Source: Sedimentisphaerales bacterium (lineage in GTDB: Bacteria > Planctomycetota > Phycisphaerae > Sedimentisphaerales > Anaerobacaceae). From it: a stretch of DNA of 64,000 bases. Made by a program: the position numbers and the translations under genes. Position 1 is the stretch's first letter; each line of letters starts with the position of its first letter. Under the pieces are notes generated by a model. The model was not told the origin of the DNA. It saw only the letters and a list, made by a program, of their open reading frames with translations, and did not search any database. The stretch spans positions 256,001 to 320,000 of the forward strand of contig JAXGYC010000010.1 of the NCBI GenBank assembly GCA_040772485.1, written 5' to 3'. Below are positions 46,985 through 56,453 of this stretch, piece after piece.

Positions 46985-48256
46985 CTATAGATCCTCATCC
47001 AGCAAATGTCCGAGACGGTGCTTCTTGGTGCGCAGGTAGTTGATGTTGTGCTCGCCCGGGACCGCCTGCAAGGGGACCTGCTCGGAGATCTGGATGCCGT
47101 AGACCTCCAGCCGGCTGACCTTCTTGGGATTGTTGGTCAGAATCCGCACGTTGCGAAGACCCAAATCCCGGCAAATCTGCGCGCCGATGCCGTAGTCGCG
47201 ACGGTCGGCGCTGAAGCCCAGCTTCAGGTTCGCGTCCACGGTGTCCAGGCCCTGCTCCTGAAGCTCGTAAGCGCGCAGCTTGTTGGACAGGCCGATGCCT
47301 CGACCCTCCTGACGCAGATAGATCAGAGCTCCTTTGCCCTCTTCTTCGATCATCTGCATGGCGGTAATGAGTTGATAGCCGCACTCGCAGCGCTGCGAAT
47401 GGAACAGATCACCGGTCAGGCACTCCGAATGCACGCGAATGAGGACCGGCTCGGGATGCTCGACGACATTGCCGGCCTCGTCACGGTCGCCGATGCCTCC
47501 CTTGCACAGGGCCAGGTGCGGCTCCGGGCTGGTCATGCTCTCGTAGGCGAAGAGCTTGAAATCGCCGTAGTCGGTGGGCAGACTGACCGACACGATGCGT
47601 TTGACGTGGCTCTCCCGTTGCAGCCGGTACTCGATGAGCTTGGCGATCGAGAGCACCTTCAGGCCGTGCTGCCTGCAAAACTGCAACAGTTCGGGGACAC
47701 GGGCCATCGATCCATCCTCGTTCATGATCTCGCAGATCACCGCGGCCGGTTTCAGGCCGGCCAGGCGGGCCAGATCGATCGCCCCCTCCGTCTGTCCGGC
47801 GCGGACGAGAACCCCGCCGTCTCGGGCACGCAGCGGAAAGATGTGGCCCGGCCGCGCCAAATCGCGGGCTCTGGCGCCGTCGGCGATGGCCACCTGGATC
47901 GTGTGCGCCCGGTCCGCGGCGCTGATCCCCGTCGTGATGCCCTCGGCGGCATCCACGGAGACCGTGAACGCCGTTCCGAAACGGGCGGTGTTCTCCAGCG
48001 CCTGTGGATACAACCCCAGGGCGTCGCACTTCTCGGCGGTCAGCGGCAGGCAAATCAGCCCGCGACCGTACTTCGCCATGAAGTTGATGATCTCCGGCGT
48101 GACCTTCTGGGCGGCGCAGATCAGGTCCCCCTCGTTCTCGCGATCCTCCGCGTCCACGAGGACGGCCATCTTGCCCTGCCGAAGGTCCTCCAGCACTTCC
48201 GGCACATCACTGAACGCGACTGTGGGTGTTTCCTGCTGCGAAGGAGACTGGCTCAT
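46985..48256 (-). CDS. ribBA: Bifunctional 3,4-dihydroxy-2-butanone 4-phosphate synthase / GTP cyclohydrolase II
   Basis: DAEDRENEGD, TGISAADR, PGHIFPL, RVHSECLTGD..SQRCECG, QEGRGIGL, LTNNPKK. Confidence 0.96.
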   Translation of the reverse strand: MSQSPSQQETPTVAFSDVPEVLEDLRQGKMAVLVDAEDRENEGDLICAAQKVTPEIINFMAKYGRGLICLPLTAEKCDALGLYPQALENTARFGTAFTVSVDAAEGITTGISAADRAHTIQVAIADGARARDLARPGHIFPLRARDGGVLVRAGQTEGAIDLARLAGLKPAAVICEIMNEDGSMARVPELLQFCRQHGLKVLSIAKLIEYRLQRESHVKRIVSVSLPTDYGDFKLFAYESMTSPEPHLALCKGGIGDRDEAGNVVEHPEPVLIRVHSECLTGDLFHSQRCECGYQLITAMQMIEEEGKGALIYLRQEGRGIGLSNKLRAYELQEQGLDTVDANLKLGFSADRRDYGIGAQICRDLGLRNVRILTNNPKKVSRLEVYGIQISEQVPLQAVPGEHNINYLRTKKHRLGHLLDEDL

Positions 48257-48272
48257 GCTCACACTGGACTGC

Positions 48273-48992
48273 CTAACGCACTTGTGTCTTGTCTGTATTC
48301 GTCGAGTCGGTGGCCGCAGTTTTCCCGCCGGACCGCTCAAACTGTTCAATATAGCGGCTTCCGTTGCGGATGTAAACCAGGGTGGCCAGAATGGCCACGA
48401 CCGCCGCCGACCACCAGAGGACGCTCAATCCCGTTCTGTAGTACGGGATCCATCGTGAGAATTCCGGCGCCGTCAGCACGCAGGCGACCATCACCAGTTG
48501 CAGCGCGGTGGCCGCCTTGCCCAGGAGCACGGGCACAACGTGAATCTGCGAGGTGACCAGGTACACGATGACAAACCCCAGCACGATCAGGACGTCCTTG
48601 CCCACGATCGCCACCACGACGGCCAAAGGCAGCGTGAACCCCTCGACGTGGCCCCTTTGCGAAGCGAGCAGCAGACAGGCGCTCGTCATGAGCAGCTTGT
48701 CGGCAACCGGGTCGAGAAATGTGCCCAGCTTCGTGATCTGCCTGTAGTGGCGAGCCAGATAGCCGTCCAGGGCGTCGCTGACCGCCATGAACAGGAACAC
48801 GGCGATAGCGACGTAGCGAAACGCCCGCCGCGCGTGCTCGCCGATCGACGGATCGTTGGTGTTCAGCAAACACATGATGAACGGCACGATCAGGAGGATG
48901 CGGACCAGCGTGATCCGCGTCGCCCAACTGAGCTTGAATCGCTCGGCCGACCGTGACAGGCGAAGAAAGCGAAGCCAACCGTCGAGTTTCAT
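48273..48992 (-). CDS. CDP-alcohol phosphatidyltransferase (PgsA-like)
   Basis: SDALDGYLAR...TKLGTFLDPVADK signature; multiple TMs. Confidence 0.92.
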   Translation of the reverse strand: MKLDGWLRFLRLSRSAERFKLSWATRITLVRILLIVPFIMCLLNTNDPSIGEHARRAFRYVAIAVFLFMAVSDALDGYLARHYRQITKLGTFLDPVADKLLMTSACLLLASQRGHVEGFTLPLAVVVAIVGKDVLIVLGFVIVYLVTSQIHVVPVLLGKAATALQLVMVACVLTAPEFSRWIPYYRTGLSVLWWSAAVVAILATLVYIRNGSRYIEQFERSGGKTAATDSTNTDKTQVR

Positions 48993-49158
48993 CGCATTGT
49001 CCTCATCCGGGCCTCCGAAGGCCCCTGTGCATCCCCATTGCGTCGTTCCGCTGACGTGGTATACTACGACGAGCCCGTCGCCTTGGCAATGCTCTGATCC
49101 CGATGGACGTCGAGATCGGGACGCGGGCACTGCGGAACGGGCAGCGGAGCGGATCGTT

Positions 49159-50130
49159 ATGAGTTCGAAGACGGGACTGGGACAGGCCTACTACGATTTG
49201 TCGGTGATGATGGACGCAGGCGTGCCGATCCTGCGCTCGCTGGACATCGCCATCGAGGGACGCCAGGGGTACCTCAAGCGCGTTCTCATGCGGATCCGAG
49301 ACTCAATTTCCAAAGGATCGGACCTGTCCACCGCCCTGGCAGAGCATCGCAACGTGTTTCCCCAGTTGGATCGCATGCTCATCGAAGCGGCGGAAACCTC
49401 GGGGTCGCTCGGCCCCTCCTTCAAGATGCTGGCCGACTGGCACGAGTTCGTCCATCGCATCACCCGCCGCATGTTGGTGGGATTGATCTACCCCATCCTC
49501 CTTCTCCACATGGGAGCGTTCATTGGTGCCTTTGCCGATGTCATCCTCGATGGATTCACATTGCGAAGCTTCATCATGGGCGCGTTGCATCTGCTCCAGT
49601 ACTTCTACATCCTCGCCGCCATCGTGCTTGTGTTCATGTTCCTGAGAAACCGAAGTACCTTGCTCCGCTGGCCGCTGGATTTCCTCGTCCTGAGGATCCC
49701 GTTGCTGGGCAAGGCGGTCTATCACATGTCCGTGTGCCGGTACGCCAGGACATTTGCCATGATGTACGGGGCGGGCGTCCCCATCACCGAGGTGACGGAC
49801 CGTGCCACGCGCGCCACCGGCAATGAGGTTGTCGCACGCCTCTTCGCCGGAGGCAAGGACAGCGTCCGCGCCGGTGGGCTGGCTTGGGAAGGATATTCCA
49901 AGCGCCTGCCGCCGCAGTATCTGCACCTGTTCCAGATCGGCGAGGAGACCGGAGAACTGGACAAGACCGCCGCGAAGGTTGGAGAAATCGCCGGCGACCA
50001 CGCCGACCTGCTCTTCACCGAATGGGCACGATGGGCGCCGATCGTCATCTACATCATCATCATGATCGTCCTGGTGATGAAGATCCTGGGGATTTGGCAG
50101 AAGATCTATGGCACGGCGCTGTCTTTCTGA
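49159..50130 (+). CDS. Type II secretion/type IV pilus platform protein (GspF/PilC family)
   Basis: MMDAGVPILRSL, AAETSGSL, IYP, GAGVPI, IGEETGELD: two T2SSF repeats. Confidence 0.9.
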   Translation: MSSKTGLGQAYYDLSVMMDAGVPILRSLDIAIEGRQGYLKRVLMRIRDSISKGSDLSTALAEHRNVFPQLDRMLIEAAETSGSLGPSFKMLADWHEFVHRITRRMLVGLIYPILLLHMGAFIGAFADVILDGFTLRSFIMGALHLLQYFYILAAIVLVFMFLRNRSTLLRWPLDFLVLRIPLLGKAVYHMSVCRYARTFAMMYGAGVPITEVTDRATRATGNEVVARLFAGGKDSVRAGGLAWEGYSKRLPPQYLHLFQIGEETGELDKTAAKVGEIAGDHADLLFTEWARWAPIVIYIIIMIVLVMKILGIWQKIYGTALSF

Positions 50131-50501
50131 GCGACCGTCACGGAGACGGCCATCCCGTCGGTGATCCGCCAGAGCGGTTCGACGTCTCCGCAGATGCGGC
50201 CGACCACGTTGACCGCCGAGGCCGCGCGGATTTCGTTGCCGATGGAAGCGGGCGTTGGTCCGAAGAAGATGCACAGGACGTTGCCGGCCGGCCAGCAGGC
50301 CAGTTCGCCGGCCTGGAGCACCTCGCGAGCCCCTTCTTCGAGATCGACCTGGACGGGGATGGAGAAATAGACCTCCCCACCCCATCGGTTGGCCTCGCTT
50401 ACAATGGGCAATGCCTCGCCGATGGCGGCGGCAGCCGGGGTATCGTCCAGTTCCGCCAGGACGCGCACGCGTCCGGCTGTGATGACAATCTGCCTGGGCA
50501 T
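50106..50501 (-). CDS. Cyclophilin-like fold protein (DUF369-like)
   Basis: ANRWGGEVYFSIP, GELACWPAGNVLCIFFGPTP, AVNVVGRI. Confidence 0.85.
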   Translation of the reverse strand: MPRQIVITAGRVRVLAELDDTPAAAAIGEALPIVSEANRWGGEVYFSIPVQVDLEEGAREVLQAGELACWPAGNVLCIFFGPTPASIGNEIRAASAVNVVGRICGDVEPLWRITDGMAVSVTVAQKDSAVP

Positions 50502-50608
50502 GACTCGCACCTCCAGATGACTCGGGCGCGTGCATTTTATGGGCTTATTGACTTGATGTAAATGCTCTCACTGATACAATCTGCCCGGTTGCTTATAGGG
50601 GCACAGCT

Positions 50609-51331
50609 ATGGCAGTGCTGAATGTCAATATCGATCACGTGGCAACGATCCGTCAGGCCCGCTTGACAGATGAGCCGGACCCGGTCTGGGCGGCCGTCCA
50701 GTGCGAGCTGGCCGGGGCCAACGGCATCACCGTCCACCTGCGGCAGGACCGCCGGCATATCAACGACCGCGATGTCCGGGTGCTCAAGGAAACCGTCGCC
50801 TGTAAGTTCAACCTGGAAATGTCGATGGCCGAGCCGATCGTCAAGATCGCCGAGCAGGTCCGGCCTGACCAGGTGACGCTCGTGCCGGAGAACCGCGCCG
50901 AACTGACCACCGAAGGCGGATTGGACTGCGCCCGGCACAAGCAGCGTCTGGCCCAGGTGGTCCGGCGGATGCACAAGAAAGGCATCCTGGTCAGCACGTT
51001 CATCGTGCCGCAGGCCGCGCAGATCCTCGCCTCGGGCGAGACCGGCTGCGACGCCGTCGAGCTGCACACCGGCGCGTACGCCAACGCCAGGACCGAAGCG
51101 GCGATCCGCAGGCGACTGGCCGAGTTGGCGGCGGGCAGGGACCTGGCCAGGGAGCACAAGCTGGTGGTCCACGCCGGACACGGACTGACCTATCGCAATA
51201 TCGTCCCCGTCGCCCGCATCGAGGGATTGTGTGAGTTCAACATCGGTCACAGCATCATCGCCCGTGCCGTGCTCGTCGGCATTCGCGAGGCGACCAGGCA
51301 GATGATCGATCTGATTGAGAAATCGGCATAA
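50609..51331 (+). CDS. pdxJ: Pyridoxine 5'-phosphate synthase
   Basis: VNIDHVATIRQAR, GITVHLRQDRRHI, LTTEGGLD, VELHTG, AGHGL, NIGHSII; extended -10 TGaTACAAT upstream. Confidence 0.96.
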   Translation: MAVLNVNIDHVATIRQARLTDEPDPVWAAVQCELAGANGITVHLRQDRRHINDRDVRVLKETVACKFNLEMSMAEPIVKIAEQVRPDQVTLVPENRAELTTEGGLDCARHKQRLAQVVRRMHKKGILVSTFIVPQAAQILASGETGCDAVELHTGAYANARTEAAIRRRLAELAAGRDLAREHKLVVHAGHGLTYRNIVPVARIEGLCEFNIGHSIIARAVLVGIREATRQMIDLIEKSA

Positions 51332-51355
51332 GGTGGGCCAAGCTTGCCGTCTAAG

Positions 51356-51430
51356 GTGTGAAGTGTGAAGTTTGAAGTACGGCCATCCGCCTTCGGCAGA
51401 CTTAAAACTTCAAACTTGAAACTTCAAACT
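51356..51430. repeat. Heptamer-repeat inverted repeat (hairpin) between pdxJ and dapA
   Basis: GTGTGAA GTGTGAA GTTTGAA GT, a 21-nt loop containing GCCTTCGGC, then ACTTAAA ACTTCAA ACTTGAA ACTTCAA ACT. Confidence 0.85.
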
Positions 51431-51450
51431 CGAAAGTCAGGAGCAGCAGG

Positions 51451-52323
51451 ATGTTCACAGGCGCCATGGTGGCACTGATCACGCCCTTCCACGAGGGTGA
51501 AATCGACTTTGAGACGCTCGACGAGCTGATCGAGTTTCATCTCGAAAACGGCATCGACGCGATCGTTCCCGTGGGAACAACGGGAGAGTCCCCCACGCTG
51601 AGCTTCGACGAGCACAAGCAGGTGATCGAGCGCGTGGTCAAAGGGGCCGGCGGCAGCGTTCCCGTGATCGCCGGCGCCGGGTCGAACAGCACCGCCGAGG
51701 CCATCGAGCTGACCAGCTTCGCCAAGAAGGTCGGCGCCGACGCCACGCTCCAGGTCTGCCCCTACTACAACAAGCCGACCCAGGAAGGGTTCTACCAGCA
51801 TTTCAAGGCAATCTGTGAGGAAGTTGACCTGCCGATGATTCTCTACAACATTCCCGGCCGCTGTGGCGCCGGCATGACGCCGGAAACCATCGCCCGCCTG
51901 AATGAGTTGGACAATGTCGTCGGCATCAAAGAGGCTACCGGCAGTCTCGATCAGGCGTCGGAGATTGCGATGCGATGCGACCTGACGATCCTGTCGGGCG
52001 ATGACTCTCTGACCCTGCCCCTGGCGTCCGTCGGGGCCAAGGGCGTGATCAGCGTGGTCGCCAACATCGTCCCGGCCGACGTGAAGGCGATGACCGACCT
52101 GATCCTCGAAGGCGACCTCGTCAAGGCTCGCCAGTGGCACCGCAAGCTCTTCGCGCTGAGCAAGAACATGCTGACGCTGGCGACCAACCCGATCCCTATC
52201 AAGGCGGCAATGGCCATGCTCGACATGGCCTCCGAGGAGCTGCGTCTGCCGATGACCCCCCTGACGGACTCGCAGAAGGCCGCCCTGAAACAGACCCTGA
52301 CGAGCTACGGCCTGCTGAGCTGA
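51451..52323 (+). CDS. dapA: 4-hydroxy-tetrahydrodipicolinate synthase
   Basis: GTTGESPTL, PYYNKPTQEG, LYNIPGR, GIKEATG, LSGDD, TNPIPIK. Confidence 0.96.
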   Translation: MFTGAMVALITPFHEGEIDFETLDELIEFHLENGIDAIVPVGTTGESPTLSFDEHKQVIERVVKGAGGSVPVIAGAGSNSTAEAIELTSFAKKVGADATLQVCPYYNKPTQEGFYQHFKAICEEVDLPMILYNIPGRCGAGMTPETIARLNELDNVVGIKEATGSLDQASEIAMRCDLTILSGDDSLTLPLASVGAKGVISVVANIVPADVKAMTDLILEGDLVKARQWHRKLFALSKNMLTLATNPIPIKAAMAMLDMASEELRLPMTPLTDSQKAALKQTLTSYGLLS

Positions 52324-52339
52324 CACGCCACCAACCGCG

Positions 52340-54271
52340 TCAGCCGCCCTGTCGAGGACTTGGGCGTGCACCCGCCAGAACCTTGTCGCGCAGGTAGGTC
52401 TGTCCGGGCGGTTTGGAGCCGATCTGTGCCGTGTAAAGGTGAGGCAGCGCTTCGAACAGATGGCGGATGTCGTCTGGGCTGAAGCTGTGTTCGCCGATCA
52501 AGGTCAGGTACGTCAGGGCGTCAAGGGCTTCCAGGTTCTTGAGACCCTGGTCGGTGAACTTGCCGCCGTAGATGTTCAGCATGTCCAGTTTCTTCATCCG
52601 ACGCAAGTGCGCCAATCCATCGTCGGTCAGGTCTGGTCCGCCTATGGTCAGCCGGTCCATCTGCGTCAGTCCGACAAGGCTGGCGAGTCCTTGGTCCGTC
52701 AGGCTGGGCGACCTGATCGCCGGATGCCCGATCTGAAACCATGTCAGTCGGGTCAGACAGGCCACGTCCGCATCGCCGATCACGCCTCCATCGCGCCGCG
52801 TTCCCATGGTCAACTGTTCCAGCTTCTTCAGGCCGGCAAGATCCAGCCCGGTGTAGTCCTGTTTGACGCCGTCGATATCAAGTCGTCGCAGATTGGACAA
52901 TCCGTTCAGGCAGGACAGGCCCGAGATTGTGGCGTTCGCGTCATGCACATTCAGGACTCCCAGGTCTTTCAGCGAGGCCAGTTTCTTCAATCCCTCGTCG
53001 GTGACAGCCGTGCACCCAAAGAGGCTCAACTCCCGGAGCTTGTCCAGTTTGGCGATGGACTCCATTGAAGCATCCGTCATGCCGATGCTCCCCACGCTCA
53101 ACTCTTCGAGGTCTCGGCAATGGGCGAGCATTCGAATTCCCTTGTCCGTGTAGTAACCCTGCTCTCCGCTGGAATCCCCGCGATAGGCCCGGCTGACACT
53201 GAGACTGCGAAGTCGAGGCAACTGCGAAAGGTACTCCAGACCCGTGTCCGAAATCCCTTCCGACGGAAGCCAGAGGGATTCGAGCGTCTTGACGTCTCTC
53301 AGATGAGCCAGGCCCGCATCGGTCACCCTGGATCGGGCCACGTCCAGACTCCGCAAATGCGGCAGCGCCGCCAGGTGCCGAACCCCTTCGTCGGTGATGT
53401 TCTCCGACCAGTGAAAGCTCATATCCTGCACCTGCGTCAGGGCCGACAAATGAGCGAGCCCTGCATCCGTCGTCTGCGGCAGATGCCCGAAATGGAGAAT
53501 GCGCAGGCTGGGAACGTTCTTCAGGTGCACGAAACCCGCGTCGCTGAATCTATCGCCTTGCAGAAGCAAATAGTGAAGACGTGGCAGCTTTGCCAAGTGG
53601 ACCAGGGCATCATCGGTGATCCGCCCTGCTCCCAGCGCCAACTCCTCAAGACCCTGCAAACCCGCCAGATGTCTCAGGCCGGCGTTCGTGACCCGGCTCT
53701 CCCGAAGGTATAGCCCGGCCAGAGCGGGCAGTCTTGTCACATGGGCCAGCCCGGCATCGTCCATACGATCCGGCGCGGTCAGGCGCCGGAGGTTCTGCAA
53801 TCCGGCGATCCATTTCATTCCGGCTCCGGTGATGTTCGTCTGGCTCAGATCCAGTACTCGCAGGCCGGTCAGGTGCGCGACGTGCTGCATGCACGCATCG
53901 CCCGGCTTGGCGCCGCCCGTGGACCAGCCATGAATGCCGAGCTGATAGAGGTCGTCCGGCCGGAGGTTGCGCAACGGGGAAAGGTCGCTCCAGGCCTCTT
54001 TGCGTTCGACGTTCAGCAATATCCACTTGCCCGCCGGGACCGCGACGTCACCGCGTGCGTCGGCCAGGTACTGCCACTCTTCCCCTCGAATCCAATAGAA
54101 GAACCCTTCCAGCGGTCTGTCGGGCCCCGGCTCGCAGACCAGCACCTTGCCCAGCGACCGATCCGTCGGGAAGTGCAGTGTCCGCGTCTCCATGCCGCTG
54201 GCCCCCTTCAGCCCCGCCCCGCCGAGGACCGTCAGTATCCAGACCACCCGAATCTGTCGCGCCATGTCCAT
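52340..54271 (-). CDS. Secreted leucine-rich repeat protein (RNI-like, planctomycete type)
   Basis: Signal-like N-terminus; many ~24-25 aa repeats of the form ITDAGLAHL..L..L..L.L. Confidence 0.9.
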   Translation of the reverse strand: MDMARQIRVVWILTVLGGAGLKGASGMETRTLHFPTDRSLGKVLVCEPGPDRPLEGFFYWIRGEEWQYLADARGDVAVPAGKWILLNVERKEAWSDLSPLRNLRPDDLYQLGIHGWSTGGAKPGDACMQHVAHLTGLRVLDLSQTNITGAGMKWIAGLQNLRRLTAPDRMDDAGLAHVTRLPALAGLYLRESRVTNAGLRHLAGLQGLEELALGAGRITDDALVHLAKLPRLHYLLLQGDRFSDAGFVHLKNVPSLRILHFGHLPQTTDAGLAHLSALTQVQDMSFHWSENITDEGVRHLAALPHLRSLDVARSRVTDAGLAHLRDVKTLESLWLPSEGISDTGLEYLSQLPRLRSLSVSRAYRGDSSGEQGYYTDKGIRMLAHCRDLEELSVGSIGMTDASMESIAKLDKLRELSLFGCTAVTDEGLKKLASLKDLGVLNVHDANATISGLSCLNGLSNLRRLDIDGVKQDYTGLDLAGLKKLEQLTMGTRRDGGVIGDADVACLTRLTWFQIGHPAIRSPSLTDQGLASLVGLTQMDRLTIGGPDLTDDGLAHLRRMKKLDMLNIYGGKFTDQGLKNLEALDALTYLTLIGEHSFSPDDIRHLFEALPHLYTAQIGSKPPGQTYLRDKVLAGARPSPRQGG

Positions 54272-54344
54272 ATCACCTCCACGGGGCCGCTCATCGCTCG
54301 TAGGGGCGAATGATTATTCGCCTCTACCGCCATCTGGCAGATCG

Positions 54345-55526
54345 CTACCTATCGGGGTCATCGTCATCGACATCATTCGGGTGGACGTCACGATAGGCCC
54401 CCATTCCCATGCCTCCCATCATTCCGCCACCCATCAGGCCCCCTGCCGGCACGACCTCTTGCTCGTTGGGGTCGGCATGCGGATCGGACGCCAGGGCAAA
54501 ACCGTCCGCGTCGTCCTCAGTATCCGCCTGGGCCCCGGGCATCGCCGCGCCCGCAGCAGGCGTCTGCGTCTCCGATGCGACCGGCAACTCGGTCAGGTCG
54601 GCGTCGGCAGCACTCTGTGACCACCATGGCACGAACTGCGATGGCGCGTCGGCAGGGACATTTCGCCCGGCCGTGGACGCCGTTGGTCGCAGAGCGGGAT
54701 TCGACGGTCTCGGGGCCGGTTGCGTCCTGGTGATCCCTGTGTTGGGAGACGGCTTTGTCACCTCGTGATAGGTCACCACCGAGCCTACTCCAATGGCCGC
54801 TGCCGCGACGACGGCAACCGCCTTGGCCTTGACCCCGGCCAGCGCGGCGCTACCCACAGTCTGGGCGAGCCAGGAGCCCCCGGTGGAGGCCGCCGCAGCC
54901 GGCGCACCGGCCAGGGCCATCTTCCCCAGTTCCCCCAGCACGGCCTGTGGAGCCGCCTGCACGGCGTTCTCGGTCAGAAGCGTGCCGAGCGCGCCGGCCG
55001 CGACCAGAAGGCCACGCGTCTGGAGAACCCGTCGCAGCGTCGTCACGCCGGCATCGATTCGCCGGGAGACCGTCGCCTGGGAAATTCCCATCGCACCTGC
55101 AATCTGTCGCGTCGTCTGGCCCTCCAGGAAGTGGGCCACGAGGATTTCACGCATTTCGGCATCGAGGGCATTGAGCCCCTCGTCGATGGAGGCTGAGAGG
55201 TCTTTCCATTCGGCAACCTCACGAGGTCTCGAAGCAGCGTACTGGGATTCCCTTTGCCTGCGAGTGACGTCTTTGCGCCAGGCATCGATGGCCTTGTGCG
55301 TCGCGACGCGGTGAAGCCAGCCGGGCAGCGAGCCCGTTACCGTCGCGGCGTCTTTTGTCAGTTGCAGGAAAGTCTCCTGCGCCACATCGGAGGCCCTGTC
55401 CACATCCTGGAGGATTCGCAGCGCCGCCCCATAGACCAATCCGGCGTGCCGACGGATGATCTCACGAAATGCCTCCGCATCCCCCGTCCTCGTGAACCGC
55501 CGCAACAACACAAGTTCTGCTTCCAT
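54345..55526 (-). CDS. ECF sigma factor with long C-terminal extension (TM helix plus low-complexity tail)
   Basis: GDAEAF..IIRRHAGLVY, DVAQETFL, WLHRVA, ISQATVSRRI; Ala-rich linker, KAVAVVAAAAIGVGSVV helix, Pro- and Gly/Met-rich tail. Confidence 0.9.
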   Translation of the reverse strand: MEAELVLLRRFTRTGDAEAFREIIRRHAGLVYGAALRILQDVDRASDVAQETFLQLTKDAATVTGSLPGWLHRVATHKAIDAWRKDVTRRQRESQYAASRPREVAEWKDLSASIDEGLNALDAEMREILVAHFLEGQTTRQIAGAMGISQATVSRRIDAGVTTLRRVLQTRGLLVAAGALGTLLTENAVQAAPQAVLGELGKMALAGAPAAAASTGGSWLAQTVGSAALAGVKAKAVAVVAAAAIGVGSVVTYHEVTKPSPNTGITRTQPAPRPSNPALRPTASTAGRNVPADAPSQFVPWWSQSAADADLTELPVASETQTPAAGAAMPGAQADTEDDADGFALASDPHADPNEQEVVPAGGLMGGGMMGGMGMGAYRDVHPNDVDDDDPDR

Positions 55527-55624
55527 CTTCGTCTCTCCTGAACACCGTCGCCTGCTCTCCACATCATAAGGCGATGCCCGCTCGGAAATGATTCAAAAAA
55601 GACCGAAGTGGCAGAAAGACCGCA

Positions 55625-56248
55625 CTACGACCCCGTTGTCGCAGGGCTCAGCAGAGGGCCAAGCCATTGCGACAGGCCCGATAGTGTCATCTGGACCGCT
55701 ACCGCCGTGACGATCAGGCCAGTGATCCGGATCAGCGGACCGAACGCGTGGAGCCGCTGGAGGATTCGACCGATCCAGAGCGACATCAGCATGACCAGGA
55801 AATTGGCGGCGACCGCCGTCGTCAGCGACAGGGCCGTCATGGCGATGCCATGCGTCGCGGCAAAGGAAATGGCGGCGGTGATCGTGCCGGGTCCGGCGAT
55901 CAGAGGCGCCGCCAGCGGAACGATCGAGATGTCCGTGGCCCCGTGAAAGTCCTGCTCGTAGAACCGCCCCTTCCGCACCGCCGTCAGGCCGATGATGAAC
56001 AGCACGATGCCGCCGGCCACCTGCAAGGAGTAGATCTCCACGCGAAACACCTCATGCAGGAGAACGTGGCCGATGCCGGAAAGGACCAGAAGGATCGCCA
56101 GGGCCACCGACGTCGCTGTCACCGAGACCTTCAACAACTCCGCCCGCGAATACGGAGGGTCCATGGATGAGAGAAGGAACACCTTGCTGGGAGGGTTGAT
56201 CAACGCCAGGAAATACAGCGAAGTCTGTACGAAGACGTCCACATCCAT
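55625..56248 (-). CDS. MarC family membrane protein
   Basis: LALINP, SLQVAGGIVLF, IVPLAAPLIAGPGTI, RITGLI. Confidence 0.92.
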   Translation of the reverse strand: MDVDVFVQTSLYFLALINPPSKVFLLSSMDPPYSRAELLKVSVTATSVALAILLVLSGIGHVLLHEVFRVEIYSLQVAGGIVLFIIGLTAVRKGRFYEQDFHGATDISIVPLAAPLIAGPGTITAAISFAATHGIAMTALSLTTAVAANFLVMLMSLWIGRILQRLHAFGPLIRITGLIVTAVAVQMTLSGLSQWLGPLLSPATTGS

Positions 56249-56342
56249 ATTCGGCACTCGGACTCCCACGATTCAATGGCCCTGCCGGCGCTGATGCGCC
56301 GCATCGTTCCATGTACAATCACACGGCATCGCTCGGGAAGCG

Positions 56343-56420
56343 GATTTACGATTTACGATTTGCGATTTACAATTTATGATCTGGTCTTCAATCATAAATC
56401 ATGATTCGCAAATCGTAAAT
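56343..56420. repeat. Heptamer-repeat inverted repeat (hairpin) upstream of the GH2 gene
   Basis: GATTTAC GATTTAC GATTTGC GATTTAC AATTTAT GAT, a 10-nt loop, then ATC ATAAATC ATGATTC GCAAATC GTAAAT. Confidence 0.88.
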
Positions 56421-56453
56421 ACAAGGATCGGTCTTCTTGAAAGGGTGGTTTCA

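Noticed and set aside
50106..50130. Convergent 25-nt overlap of the PilC-like and cyclophilin-like genes
   Set aside because: Short tail-to-tail overlaps are common in GC-rich genomes.
51332..51450. Lysine riboswitch upstream of dapA
   Set aside because: The spacer is only ~120 nt, lacks recognisable L-box motifs and is explained by the heptamer hairpin.
56343..56420. CRISPR array or replication-origin iterons
   Set aside because: The units are contiguous 7-mers without spacers. No cas, rep or dnaA genes are nearby.
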